A stretch of 63,014 bases of DNA, counting the filler, from Pelomyxa schiedti (taxonomy: Eukaryota; Protista; Evosea), in assembly GCA_020536535.1 (NCBI GenBank). It is 10 parts of 10 records of this genome, joined end to end, with 100 filler letters (N's around TTAATTAATTAA, not from the genome) between each part and the next. Parts side by side here need not be neighbours in the genome. Positions count along the whole stretch, not along the records: positions 22,183 to 25,813 come from JAHLWZ010001716.1; positions 25,914 to 29,178 come from JAHLWZ010001781.1; positions 29,279 to 31,677 come from JAHLWZ010002008.1; positions 31,778 to 54,543 come from JAHLWZ010000354.1; 6 more parts are not named here. One strand, 5' to 3'. Each line of letters begins with the position of its first letter. The stretch's first letter is position 1. The position numbers were made by a program, and so were the translations under genes. The notes below the pieces were generated by a model. That model was not told the origin of the DNA and did not search any database. It was given only the letters and a program-made list of their open reading frames with translations. Shown in pieces: positions 23,154 through 34,089 of the stretch.

Positions 23154-25813
23154 TTTTTTTTTTTTTTTTTTTTGCCTTGCCTTGTTCTCCTTCTTGTCTG
23201 AAGCTGCAAAGAGAGAACTGCAAGCAATCTAGCACTTGTTCTAGGACTGTAATGAATGCAAGTTCATTCAAGGGCAGGCAAAGGCCAATATACTCATGAA
23301 AATTGCATATGTATGCAAATACGCAGCTCAGAGGCAAAGCTGCAAGGTGGACAAATATATACAACTACAGTACAGTTCATCTGAGGGTAGAAAGTAGAGA
23401 ATTGCCCAAAAAGCATCAGCTTGTGCATCTTGCTGGCCTCCCCAAGTTGAGCAAGACGCTGTTGAAGGGTGTACTCATTTGTCCCAATGATGAATTTGTA
23501 AACCATGCCTGATGGTGGGTCTTCATTCATTGGAATGCTTCTTAGTGCTGTTCAGTGTTCCTTTGTCATAAGAAGTATCTGGACTACTCCATTTTAACCA
23601 GCATTTTCATCGGTGTGCCTTTCACAGTACAAGAAGAAGCACCCACACACATAATGTGGCTAACCTATACCTCCAGATTGTATTTCTTTCTACTGTATGT
23701 TCCGCAATGGTTATTTGTATCCCAGAGTTGTAACTCTTGCTGGGAAAGTGCTCCTAATCAAGGGCTTGTTGCACGCCAGCCAGGTACAAAATTTAAACAT
23801 GTTTGTTTGTTTGTATAACATCTTCTAACGAATGTTGGGGATTCTTCTCTGGGTCTTCCTTATTCTCTGCAGTAGGTTCCTCTTACCTCCTCCTACAATA
23901 TGAATGAGACTGCCCCCCCCAGACTGCAGCCGGGGTCGCATACAAATTCCCATGAGTGTGATGCTGCCATCTTGGTTATGCGTTCCCTGATCTACCTGTG
24001 TGAAGGGCTTCCCATAATGAACATGGAGGTACAAATTCTTCCCAAATACAATCGTTGATTGCGCTACAGCATTGCGCCACTTGGAGCAGGTGTGGATCCA
24101 CACCCCAACACAGGGAGAGGTGATTTCTTTCAACGCCTGAATGATGGAAAATGTACTGTATAATTCTGGTTGAACTTCTTGGAACTGATTGGCTTTAGAT
24201 TCCTTTGCTAAAATGGATTTCACTGGCTTCCAGCTTGACTGAATTGCGGGCGCACGAATTGTTCCTTGGTGTGCTTAAAGCTGATTTTTTACACAGTGAA
24301 GGTAACAAAGAGTGCGCTGTTGTTGTGTTGCGTGCTTGAATGCTCTATCGTGCTTTGAACTCTGCTGAACATCAATGTGCCTTTTCAGTGTGTTCAGCCG
24401 TGGCTGTGGTTGGGAAGGGTAGCTTGACATCACTAAGTTCGTCTTGTCCACTTTTGCACCAGTTTTCCCTGTATGGGAAAGCTAGTATTACCGTGTGGGC
24501 GTTGGCTTCCTTTTCTCTCTCAATGAGCAGCTGGAGTGGTTGCCGCAATGGCTGTGAATCGCTGTATCTCTGCGGTTCCCCAATCTTCACCAGGATCTCG
24601 CTTACTGCCTATGTTGCTTCTCAGACAGATGGCTCCTCTTTGAAATCCTTTTCTGCACAGAGCAAGCTGCATTGCGGGGTATGGCTCACAACCATTCTCT
24701 TTGTTGCCTTGCCTTGTTTCCTTTATCCTTCTCACTCATCATAGCGGGTTGAGTGTATTATTATTTAATTAAGCAAGGTTTCTACCACAGGTTCTGTGAA
24801 TAGTCTGGCTGCAACGTCGGCCAGTTGGATCCTGGTTGATGCTTTATTATAACACCGGTTGAGTCGAGAGAGTCATCGTCATAACTACTCCATAAGAGAG
24901 ATCTGCTTTTGACTGATTGCATTTGGCCCAATCCCTTGGTAACCTTTGCCTTTCCTCCAGTTCCACTTGTTGTGGTGCTTCGAAGTTCCCTTACCTGTCT
25001 TGCTCTGATGAACTCTGCTGTTTTGTGTTCTTATTCCCCCCTTTATTTGCTCCAGTGCTGGAAATGTCCTCCTTAAGGAAAATAGGATTCAGCTCGAGAG
25101 TATGAAACTGTTGTCTTGCGGGGTACGCTTCAATCTAATTGCTGGGTTGTGTGTAGACTCTTGCTGCATATCAGGTCCTTTGATCAGCCGATTGGCAATT
25201 TCTCCTCTTTTAGTGAGTGGCATTTTATTGTTGAAGAGGGTGCTGTGTTGGGTGGTCCCCTTGCCCGCACTGAAAACGTCCAACAGTATCGGAGATCGGT
25301 TCGTAGAGGGTGTCAATGGTGGTTCATTGTTGTCATGGTTGATGTGGGCATGTTGATCCAATAGGGTTCCTGTCTTTCCCTATTGGTTTCCGTGTATTGG
25401 GAGATATCACCAATCCGGTCTGATTCTTTTCCTGACTCATCACCAAGCATCGTGATGGATCGCATCACCGATCATTGGCGACTTCAGCTTAAGCGTTAAT
25501 TATATTCATTGTATGGTTGGGATAGCACAAACTTGCTCGTTTCCTTCAATCAGGTAGGGAGCATCAAAAGTAAAACCAGTATTTGCAGGCAACAAAAGGT
25601 AGTATGAGAACCAGGAATTTATTTGGATGACATCTGCACTATATGGAAGAATTCAACAGATACAATGTATGATCCCTTTGGTTTGGTGGGGTAGATGAGT
25701 AGGCTACTCTTCAACATCGTGATAGACACAGTGGCTTCAGTGTTCTGCATAAGGTGTGTGATCACGTTGGTCCACGTTTGGGGCATTCCTATATGCTCCA
25801 AAATGTGTATAAT
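23154..25813 (-). mobile_element. Decayed non-LTR retrotransposon (LINE) remnant with poly(A) tail
   Basis: LEHIGMPQTWTNVITHLMQNTEATVSI resembles the LINE RT 3a/4 region; PYSADVI resembles YADD; many stops; A20 run on the minus strand at 23154-23173. Confidence 0.45.
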
Positions 25814-25913
25814 NNNNNNNNNNNNNNNNNNNNNNNNNNNNNNNNNNNNNNNNNNNNTTAATTAATTAANNNNNNNNNNNNNNNNNNNNNNNNNNNNNNN
25901 NNNNNNNNNNNNN

Positions 25914-26030
25914 ACCCCGTGGCCGATGGTCTTGTAGAAAACGCCTTTTTTTTCCGTCTCAGTTCCTCGTCTCTGGACTGAGAAAACTAATAAACCCGAT
26001 AAAAAGTGTGCACACTTGGGCAGTCCCAAG
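25914..26030 (-). mobile_element. Terminal segment of a DNA transposon-like repeat (GGGACTGCCCAAGTG...), copy 1
   Basis: Exact reverse complement of 54424-54540; both copies sit at contig ends. Confidence 0.8.
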
Positions 26031-26134
26031 ACTTTGTTTTTTTGGTTTTTTTTTGTTTCTTCGGGTCTTGTCTTTTTTCTCTGTTTCGAATCATCATTCT
26101 TTATCCTTCAGGAAACTGGTGCTGGTGAGTTGTT

Positions 26135-27143
26135 ATGTACTTGCGAAAGGGTACGGGGAACTACAGAGAGGCCAATCCTACAGATACCTCATTCCTTGTC
26201 AGTGGCAATTTCCCGGTTGTAGAAGGGCTTCGCACACTTCGAGACGACAAAGTATGCCAAGGAAATGGGTGTTTCTGGTGTACTATTTTTTGGGTGGTGG
26301 CCCTGTTTGGTACATTTTTGGGAGTTGGCATTTGGGCTGTGATGTACGATGATCGCTCTGCTGATATGATGATTGGCAGCTGTAACACTTTGGACAGCGG
26401 TTAACTCGTCCCACCCTACACACACTGTTCAATCCTCTCCAACTCCCACACAGAATCGTACTATTCCAATATGTATGGCGAATGTATGGCCCTGTGGGAG
26501 GTTGATATTACAGCTGAAGCAACACAAGGGGAAATTCAAATGTAACAATAACAGCATTACGAGCTATGTGTACCAGTAACATTTGCACATGAACATAGAT
26601 TCTATGGCAAAACAGCCCTGGCTGATGCTGATGCTGGTATTTGGCTAGACTGTTCAGATGCTGATGACCAGCTGGATCAGTGGCATGTTGGTAGAAACTA
26701 CACCTGCTGGTTTGACCCTGATGAAAGTTAGTCCCGCAAGCCATTAGTTTCGCTCTCTTTATACTATTTCTACCTTTAAACACAATGAACGCGATCTATC
26801 CTAACCATTTCCTTTCTGTAGTTCGTACACAGAAGGAGATTACTATTATCGCTATGCCTGGTTCGACTATGATCCGGGTGACGGCTCTATCAATTACTTT
26901 GCGCTGGGTGTTACGTTCCTGGTATTTGCTGGACTCATCTTCGGTGGAGTGAGTGTATTACTCTTGTTCATCCTCTGTGCGGCTTGGTCAGACCAGACAG
27001 AAGTCTCAACACCAACTAACCAGGGCCTGTCTTCCCCTGCTTTGCTACACTACAGCAGTGTGTTTAAAGAAAAGCCTGGGCCTCCCCACAATGATCACCC
27101 CCACTCATCCACTTATGAGTTTCACAGCAACCAGGTCCATTGA
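26135..27143 (+). CDS. Two-TM membrane protein with Cys-containing extracellular loop
   Basis: TM1 IFWVVALFGTFLGVGIWAVM; loop with VGRNYTCWFDP; TM2 FALGVTFLVFAGLIFGGVSVLLLFILC; short introns. Confidence 0.6.
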
Positions 27144-27229
27144 ATGTATGTATGGGATAATAATAAGTCTTATTTATTATGAAAAAAAAGAGGAAGAGCT
27201 GTTGTACTCCTATTAGTTTGTGGGTAGTA

Positions 27230-28476
27230 CTATTCCAAAAGAGAAAGTGCAGTCACGATGAGGAACTCAGTTGCAGTGGGAACGTCAACAGACACATCCA
27301 AGACGGCCACAGTTGCACCAGTGAATGCCTCCAGCACAACAACCTTCCCGCCAACAACCCCAAACAGGTATCCCCTCCCACCGACAACCTGTGAGAACAT
27401 GTACCCACTGTTGATTGCCCTCAGTGGCTGGCTCACGTCGTTGCAGTCCCACAATTCGAATGACCTCGCTGGCCGTGGGTGCCAGGCGCAGAACACAGAG
27501 GAACTGACCTGCGTGATCACACTGCAGTCGCCTGTCACTCGCTTGGGCACCACAACTTCTGATGCTGATGGATCAATCAAAACAACATCCCTGTCTCTCC
27601 CTATCCTCCTGGCAACGAAAACTACGGCACCACTGCGCAGCCTCATCACCCTCACGTCATCTAGTGGTTGATCGACATTAGGCACCACGGCGGATGTGAT
27701 GACTGAAAGGCTCCTAGTCTTGTGCGTGAGGTTGACATCAAACAAAATGAGCTCGACAGTCAGCCTGTTGTAGAAGTGCAGAATGGCCTGGTCATCGACC
27801 ACCTTGTTGAAGGAAATGCCGGGATCTGACTTTTTTGGAACGGCAACCGTGACGGGGTCAAAGCCCTCCACGTGCGAACTCGGCCATCCCTCGGTGTGTC
27901 TGATGGTAAGAGATCCCGCCCAAAAATCGTAGACCATGAACCACTTGGAATTGAAAGCATTCTGATCGGGTCCAGTGGCGAGGATGCCAGACTCCTTGGC
28001 GGCGTGGTCGCACAGAGGCGGAAAGTCCCTGAGAACAACCGGCTCGTCTTTCCACCTGAGAAACCCGCGGCTCACTCCCACCCGCGGCGTCACCCACTGC
28101 ACGACGCCGGCCACGCTCAGCGACCTGGTGCGCACGCCGCCCACGAGGCACTGCAGCGACCGGCACACAGAGAACGACATGATGTGGTCGATCCACCCGG
28201 AGCCCACGGAGCCGTTGACCACCACCACGAAGTCGGTGCGGGTGGCCGGGCCGGCGATGGCGCGCCACAGCAGGGCGACGAGGGGCGGGGACGAGCACAG
28301 GGCGCGGGCGGGGCTGCGGGCGCCGCACCGCGGGTGCGACGCCAGAAGGAGCCCCAGGAACTGGGCTTGGGCCGGTTCGAGGGGCGGACGTGCTGGGGGC
28401 GGGGGGGCACATAGGGCGGTGGGTAGTGCTGATAACCACGATCTGAGGTAAGCCAGTCAAACGCTCGGCGCATCAT
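27230..28476 (-). pseudogene. Expanded family copy F6; 1-nt frameshift in a C/G homopolymer near 28381-28407
   Basis: The MMRRAFDW...HVRP start frame is off by one from AQAQFLGLLLASHPRCGARSPARAL...FNSKWF...VVGGRGYLF. Confidence 0.7.
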
Positions 28477-28740
28477 TTGATTTTTTGATAAAACCGTTTC
28501 CAAACCAGGATCGACTCTAATCTAATTTGGAAGCTGCTACGAAGATCCGTAAGGCATGGGAAAGCCTTCGCAAGTGGAGCTGGGGCGACGCTGGTGGCAC
28601 CGCCATGGGATCCACAGGTCCCATTGTCCACATTTTGATTGTTCATCTAGGCCATACCGCAAGTCGTTCGTTCGCTATGATCTTATAAATAGCTTTGCTA
28701 AAACCTCGCTGCAATCAACCGATTTCCAAACAAGGAAAGG

Positions 28741-29178
28741 AATGTGATGGAACCTTGTTCTTGTTTCTTTTCTTCACTTTGGCACAAGTGAATCCAGAAA
28801 TTTCCCACAGATGAATGGAGTCGGGGCCTTACGCACAGTGCGGAACGAACAAGGCAAGTGTTTGCTGTGCATTGGTTTGTGTGTGGCGGGCTTGTTTGGC
28901 ATATTCCTGGGAGTTGGAATTTGGGCTGTAATGTACAATGTGGGTGATGATGATGTCATGATAATTGGCAGCTGTGACACATTAGCAAGCGGTTCACTAT
29001 TCTCGCCCCCACCACACATATGTTTCATCCTATCCCAACTCCCACACAGAGTCATACTATTCTTCTTCGTATGGAAAATGCATGGCTCTGTGGCAGGTTG
29101 ACATTACATTGGCCATTGTACAACAAGACAACTCAACAGCCTTTCAAATGTAACAATAATATTATTGAGTGAGATAGA
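28741..29178 (+). CDS. Paralogue of the 26135 two-TM gene (partial)
   Basis: GALRTVRNEQGKCLLCIGLCVAGLFGIFLGVGIWAVMY..MIIGSCDTLAS, with the same intron position. Confidence 0.6.
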
Positions 29179-29278
29179 NNNNNNNNNNNNNNNNNNNNNN
29201 NNNNNNNNNNNNNNNNNNNNNNTTAATTAATTAANNNNNNNNNNNNNNNNNNNNNNNNNNNNNNNNNNNNNNNNNNNN

Positions 29279-31428
29279 CTACAGAGGGTGGGGATGCTGG
29301 CATTAACGAATGTGGGGAGGGGAGTAGCTGCGATAAGAAAAGGGCAACCAGTTGCCCTCGCCAGGGAGGAAGGATGGGCTTCACAGGGGAAACTCGCAAT
29401 TCCCCCAGTATGGCTGAAGCTGAGGAAGAAGGCAAAGAAGGAACGGGAAGGGGACAATGTGACCCTGCTCACCAGCGGCGTGGACGCTGATGGGAATCTG
29501 CTGTGATAGCGTGGGAAAATGTGGATGAGGAGCAGAGGCGCGGCTTCGTTGCACTCCAGAACGAGTACCAGGACGTACTGACCAATGACTGGGCAAAGCT
29601 GGGCAGGACCACGGTCCTCAAGCACTACATACCCACTAGAGCGTGTCGACCCGTGTGTTGACCGGAAAAGAAGTTCTCCCCAAAGGAGAAGGAGCAGATC
29701 GACAGGGAGATCAGTGAAATGCTCAGGCTGAACGTCATATGGGAAGGTTGTGGGGAGTGGGTTGCACCGCTGTCCCTTTCCGCGAAGAAAGATGGCACGA
29801 TCAGGATCTGCACCAACTTCCGGGGGCTCAACAAGGAAACAGTGAAGGACAATTATCCACTGCCGAACGTATTTGAGGTCTTGAAATCGCTGAGCGGGTA
29901 TTGTTGGTTCTCTACACTGGACCTCATGGCGGGTTTCTGGCAAGTCCCAGTTGCAGAGGAGGACGCACACAAGACAGGGTTCACTTGCCACAGGGGGCAG
30001 TTCACGTTTAATGTTATGCAATTTGGGATGCAGAATGCCTCTCAGACATTCCAAAAGCTGATGGACAGTGTCCTCAATGGGCTAATAGGAACAGCATGCT
30101 GTGTGTACATTGATGATATCATAGTTGTGGGTCGCACCTTTGAGGAGCACCTACATAACCTGGGGCTTGTGTACAAGCGTCTACGAGGGGCAAACCTCAG
30201 AGCAAGGGCAGCAAAGTGTAAATTCCTGAATAGAACTGTGAGCTACCTTGGGCACACAGTCACGGAAGGAGGAATACAGATGGATCCAGACCGGATCAAG
30301 GCCATAACAGACTGGCCAACACCAAAAGGGTGGGAAGGTGACCTGGAGACTTTTGTTAACATGGCAAACTACTATGCGAGATTCATTCCAGACTTTGCCA
30401 TTGAAGCCATCCCACTGAGGGAGCTAGGGGTGAGGGAAGCACCCTGGGCCTGGAATGAACAAAGGGAGGGAGCATTCAGGCGTATAAAAGAGCTGGTTGC
30501 CAAGAGGCTGTTATTGGAATACCCTGATTATGATAGCAAGTTCGGGTTGGAGATACACACTGATGCCAGCAAGCTCGCGATGGGGGCAGTGCTGACACAG
30601 CGTGACGACAAGGGTGTGGAGAGAGTCATAGAATTCGCAAGCAGGGCCACCAAACCATCAGAAAAAAACCTGGGCACCATCACTGAATTAGAGGCAGCAG
30701 CTGTGGTGTGGGCTCTCAAGAAGTTTAAAAGCTATATTCATGGAGTTGGATGTGTGGTGAAGTCAGACCATAAGGCACTCACCTGGATGCAAGAGCAGGA
30801 GTACCCATGCCCAAAGGTTGCACGGTGGCAGATGGTACTGGATGACTATGGTGCAGTTGTAGAGTTCAGGCCAGGGAAGGAGTCAGGGGACGCAGACGCA
30901 CTCAGCAGGATCCCATCACATGCACTGATGGTAATAGCACTTGGGGACTCGCTCCTCGGGTGGAAAGGGGCCCAGGACAAGGATGAGGACTGTCAGGCAA
31001 TTGCCGAATGGGTGGGGAGTGGAAAGTCACTACCAGACCGATTATTGAAGAAGGTTCCCCCAAGAGAAAGTTTCACCATAGAGCAAGGTGTGCTGTACTA
31101 CCTGGAAACGGATCACAACAGAAGAAGGAGGGTGAAGGCCATTGTGGTACCAAAGGAATTGCAGCACCAGGTAATGGAGGACAACCATGACAGCATATTC
31201 GCTGGGCATCTATCATCAGCCTACACATGGGACAGGGTGAGGGCACATTTCTGGTGGCCGAGGGCAAGGACGGACGTTGTGAATTACTGTGAGTCCTGCA
31301 GGCAGTGTGCTGTAGCAAAGACCCCTGCTCACATGAGTTGCGCCGTGGGACACCCCTTACCAGTCCCATCAAGGCCGGGGGTGGTGATGAGTTTGGATTA
31401 CGTAGGACCACTCAGGACGACCAAGCGG
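29279..31428 (+). mobile_element. Ty3/Gypsy LTR retrotransposon pol (RT-RNase H-integrase), decayed and interrupted
   Basis: KKDGTIRIC; LDLMAGFWQV; YIDD; RNase H TDASK...ELEAAAVVWAL...SDHKAL; integrase H2C2 HDSIFAGH...CRQC. Frameshift at ~29495, TGA at 29659, insertion at 31429. Confidence 0.97.
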
Positions 31429-31620
31429 GCATATCTGGATCAGTGGGCGGTGATTTTTTTCCCTACAAAAAGTGTATCATCACCACCCAAAATCACCGCC
31501 TGGGCGGTGATTTTGGGCGGTGATGATGCACTTTTTGCAGTCAAATCGGATCACCACCCTGGGCGGTGGTTGAGCACATAAGCCAGTCAGTAAAATCACC
31601 GCCCTGGGTTAACCACAAGA
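31429..31620 (+). mobile_element. Palindromic ATCACCGCCC-repeat element (copy 2) inserted in the Gypsy integrase
   Basis: Integrase similarity stops at PLRTTKR; shared terminus GCATATCTGGATCAGTGGGCGGTGAT with the 22303 copy. Confidence 0.8.
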
Positions 31621-31777
31621 AAAAAACTTTTTTTTATGTTGCTCTTAATCTAACTCAATATTTAACAGTGCTGACAGNNNNNNNNNNNNNNNNNNNNNNN
31701 NNNNNNNNNNNNNNNNNNNNNTTAATTAATTAANNNNNNNNNNNNNNNNNNNNNNNNNNNNNNNNNNNNNNNNNNNN

Positions 31778-32060
31778 TGGCAAAGAGAAGAGCGGGCAGG
31801 TCAGCGAGGGTCTTAATTGTGGTCAATGGCTCCTGCTGGGTGACATCCGCACACCTTTCGTCGTGGGCGAACGGCCACTTCTTCTTTACTTCTGCAGGTG
31901 GTGGTTGTGTTTCCGCCTCCTCCTCCTCCTCCACCTTTTGTTGTATTTGGACCGAAGGAGGCTTGTCGTCCTGACCATTCGACGACACCATCTTGTACGT
32001 CACCACGACCAGCGCGCACCCCACTAGCGCTACGAGGAGCGCTTTCTGCCACCGCAACAT
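31778..32060 (-). CDS. Type II membrane protein 5' fragment (glycosyltransferase-like topology)
   Basis: Short basic tail, TM LLVALVGCALVVV, then an acidic/Pro stem. Confidence 0.5.
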
Positions 32061-32165
32061 AAGGAACGTGAATCAGGCTCGTTTAGGTTTCACACACGAA
32101 AATTTTCACGCGGGGGTAGGAGGGGCAGAGGTCCGAGAGTTCGAGAGCGGGACCCAACCTGTTTC

Positions 32166-32332
32166 ACTCCACTTGACTCCAGTTTACATCAGTGTGCTCC
32201 ACTTTGCTCTGTTATCTCCATCTACTCTCACTCCCTCTTTACTCCGATTTACTCCGTGTTACTCCAATTTACTCCGGCTCCCTCCCATTGACTCTGATTT
32301 ACTCTGGGTTACTCCAGTTCACTTCAACTCTG
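32166..32332. repeat. Degenerate 10-bp tandem repeat (ACTCCrnTTT)
   Basis: actccgattt actccgtgtt actccaattt actccggctc ... actctgattt actctgggtt actccagttc. Confidence 0.75.
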
Positions 32333-32508
32333 GCTAATAACAAAAATTCGATTTCCGAATATTCATGCCCATCTTTGCCGTGCTGTGCTAAGTTGTTGGT
32401 GGGAACTTGTTTCTTTTGGGGTAGCTTTCAAAAATTTAAATTGAGACCTGTGAAACAGTGCACTACTTTACATTTTTTGTTGATGATGTTCTGTATGTGA
32501 CACAAGGC

Positions 32509-33750
32509 CTAACAGCAGCTGGATTGTTCTGGTGATTCTCCTCCTTCTTCAGGTGAGTCAACAACGGCAACTGATGACCTGGTGGCTGATGAGGCTCTCG
32601 TGGATTTACTGGTGCTTGCAGAACTGCTGCTCTTGCTTGTTACAGAGCCGGAGCTTGCTTGAGTCTTGGGGCCGGTTTTTGTTGAAGTGGATTGTGAGGG
32701 TGGCTTGGCCTCGAGCATCAGAGAGACTAAAGTGCCAATTGCATCGTAGACACCTTGGCCAGTCTTAGCTGAAGCAAAGTGTAAGGGTAGGTTGGCTCTG
32801 TTCGCAATTGCTTGTGCTGCTTCGTAGTTGACACTGCGGGGGAGATCGGCCTTGTTTCCTGGATCCAAGTTAGACTTGTGAAGGAAGCGAGCGTAACAAT
32901 TAGTACCAATAATAACTATGGGAACGTGAACTCCTCTCGCAGATAAATCAGTGAGCCAGGATTCTATTTTATCCAATGAAGTTTGCTCACATAGTGAGAA
33001 CACAATAAAACACCCTGGTTACAGTCAGGTAAAGTGATGTCAAATTCTAAAGGGAAAAAAAAAAGAGAAACCGTCAGCTCTGTGGAAATAACTTTGTGCA
33101 ATGGAGTCTTGACAAAAACTAATCAGTAATCAACAGGGAGGGAAAAATCATACGAAATCTGAAAGCAATTTTTAAAAAAAAAAAGAGGGAGGTTTTGATG
33201 GCAGGCACTACCGTTCTTGTCCAGCAGTATCCCATACCTTGGAAATAAATGAGGGAGAAACAGAGTAAATGGGATGGCTTACTTGTAGCTTTGCAGTCAC
33301 TCCGTTCACTTTCACAAACATTTTCTTGGAAAAGGGGTTAAAGCCAAAAAAGAGGGAAAGGAGTTCAAGTACTTTGAAGTCCACACCCATAGTCGCAATG
33401 AAATTAGGATCAAACACATCGTCAGCAGCCCTACAAGCCAAGGCCGTCTTTCCAACCCCAGATTCCCCCTATAATAGTACACACACATAAAAAAAAAACA
33501 AGGCCCTTGGGGGAAAGGGAAAAAAACAGGCGTTGCGCACCAACAAAAGTACTTTGTACACTACATCTTGTGACAAGGTAGATTTTGGCAGTCTGACAGC
33601 GGATACACCACTCCCACCGACCACGTTGCCTCCGCTCACACCGGCCCCACCACCCACACTACTACCACCACCACCACCGGCACCGCCATTTGTCGTCATG
33701 GTCTTTGTTGTCGCATCTACGGCCACACCCCCGCCACCGGTACTGGACAT
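32509..33750 (-). CDS. Rab-family small GTPase with C-terminal CC
   Basis: [49 protein letters not shown], ASAK, ends SSCC*. Confidence 0.93.
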
Positions 33751-34089
33751 CTGGCGGAATAAAAAAAAAAACACCAGACCGCCGATCCTGGGCTTTTTCT
33801 GATTTTTGTCTTGTGGCCTAAACTCAACACCTTGCTGAGGTCGGTTACCTTTGGGCGGATGTCTTTCCGAAACAGCGACTCTCTTCTGGTACTATCACTT
33901 TGCGGAAAAAAGACCACAAATTGGAGAGCAGGTGCTGAGGAAGGGAGTTACGGATTGTGGGTTGAATGGTTCATAGCCGAAGACCGCCCGTAGTACCGCC
34001 ACGGCGCGCCTTCACCTCGCCTCCTTCAGGGAGTGCCCTGCAAAAGGAAGGCACAAAAGCACAAAAGTCTAGTAGGAGGCAAGATAATT

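Noticed and set aside
831-28476. Programmed frameshifting or RNA editing explaining the family frameshifts
   Set aside because: Lesions differ in position and type (13-nt, 1-nt, large deletion) and share no slippery motif.
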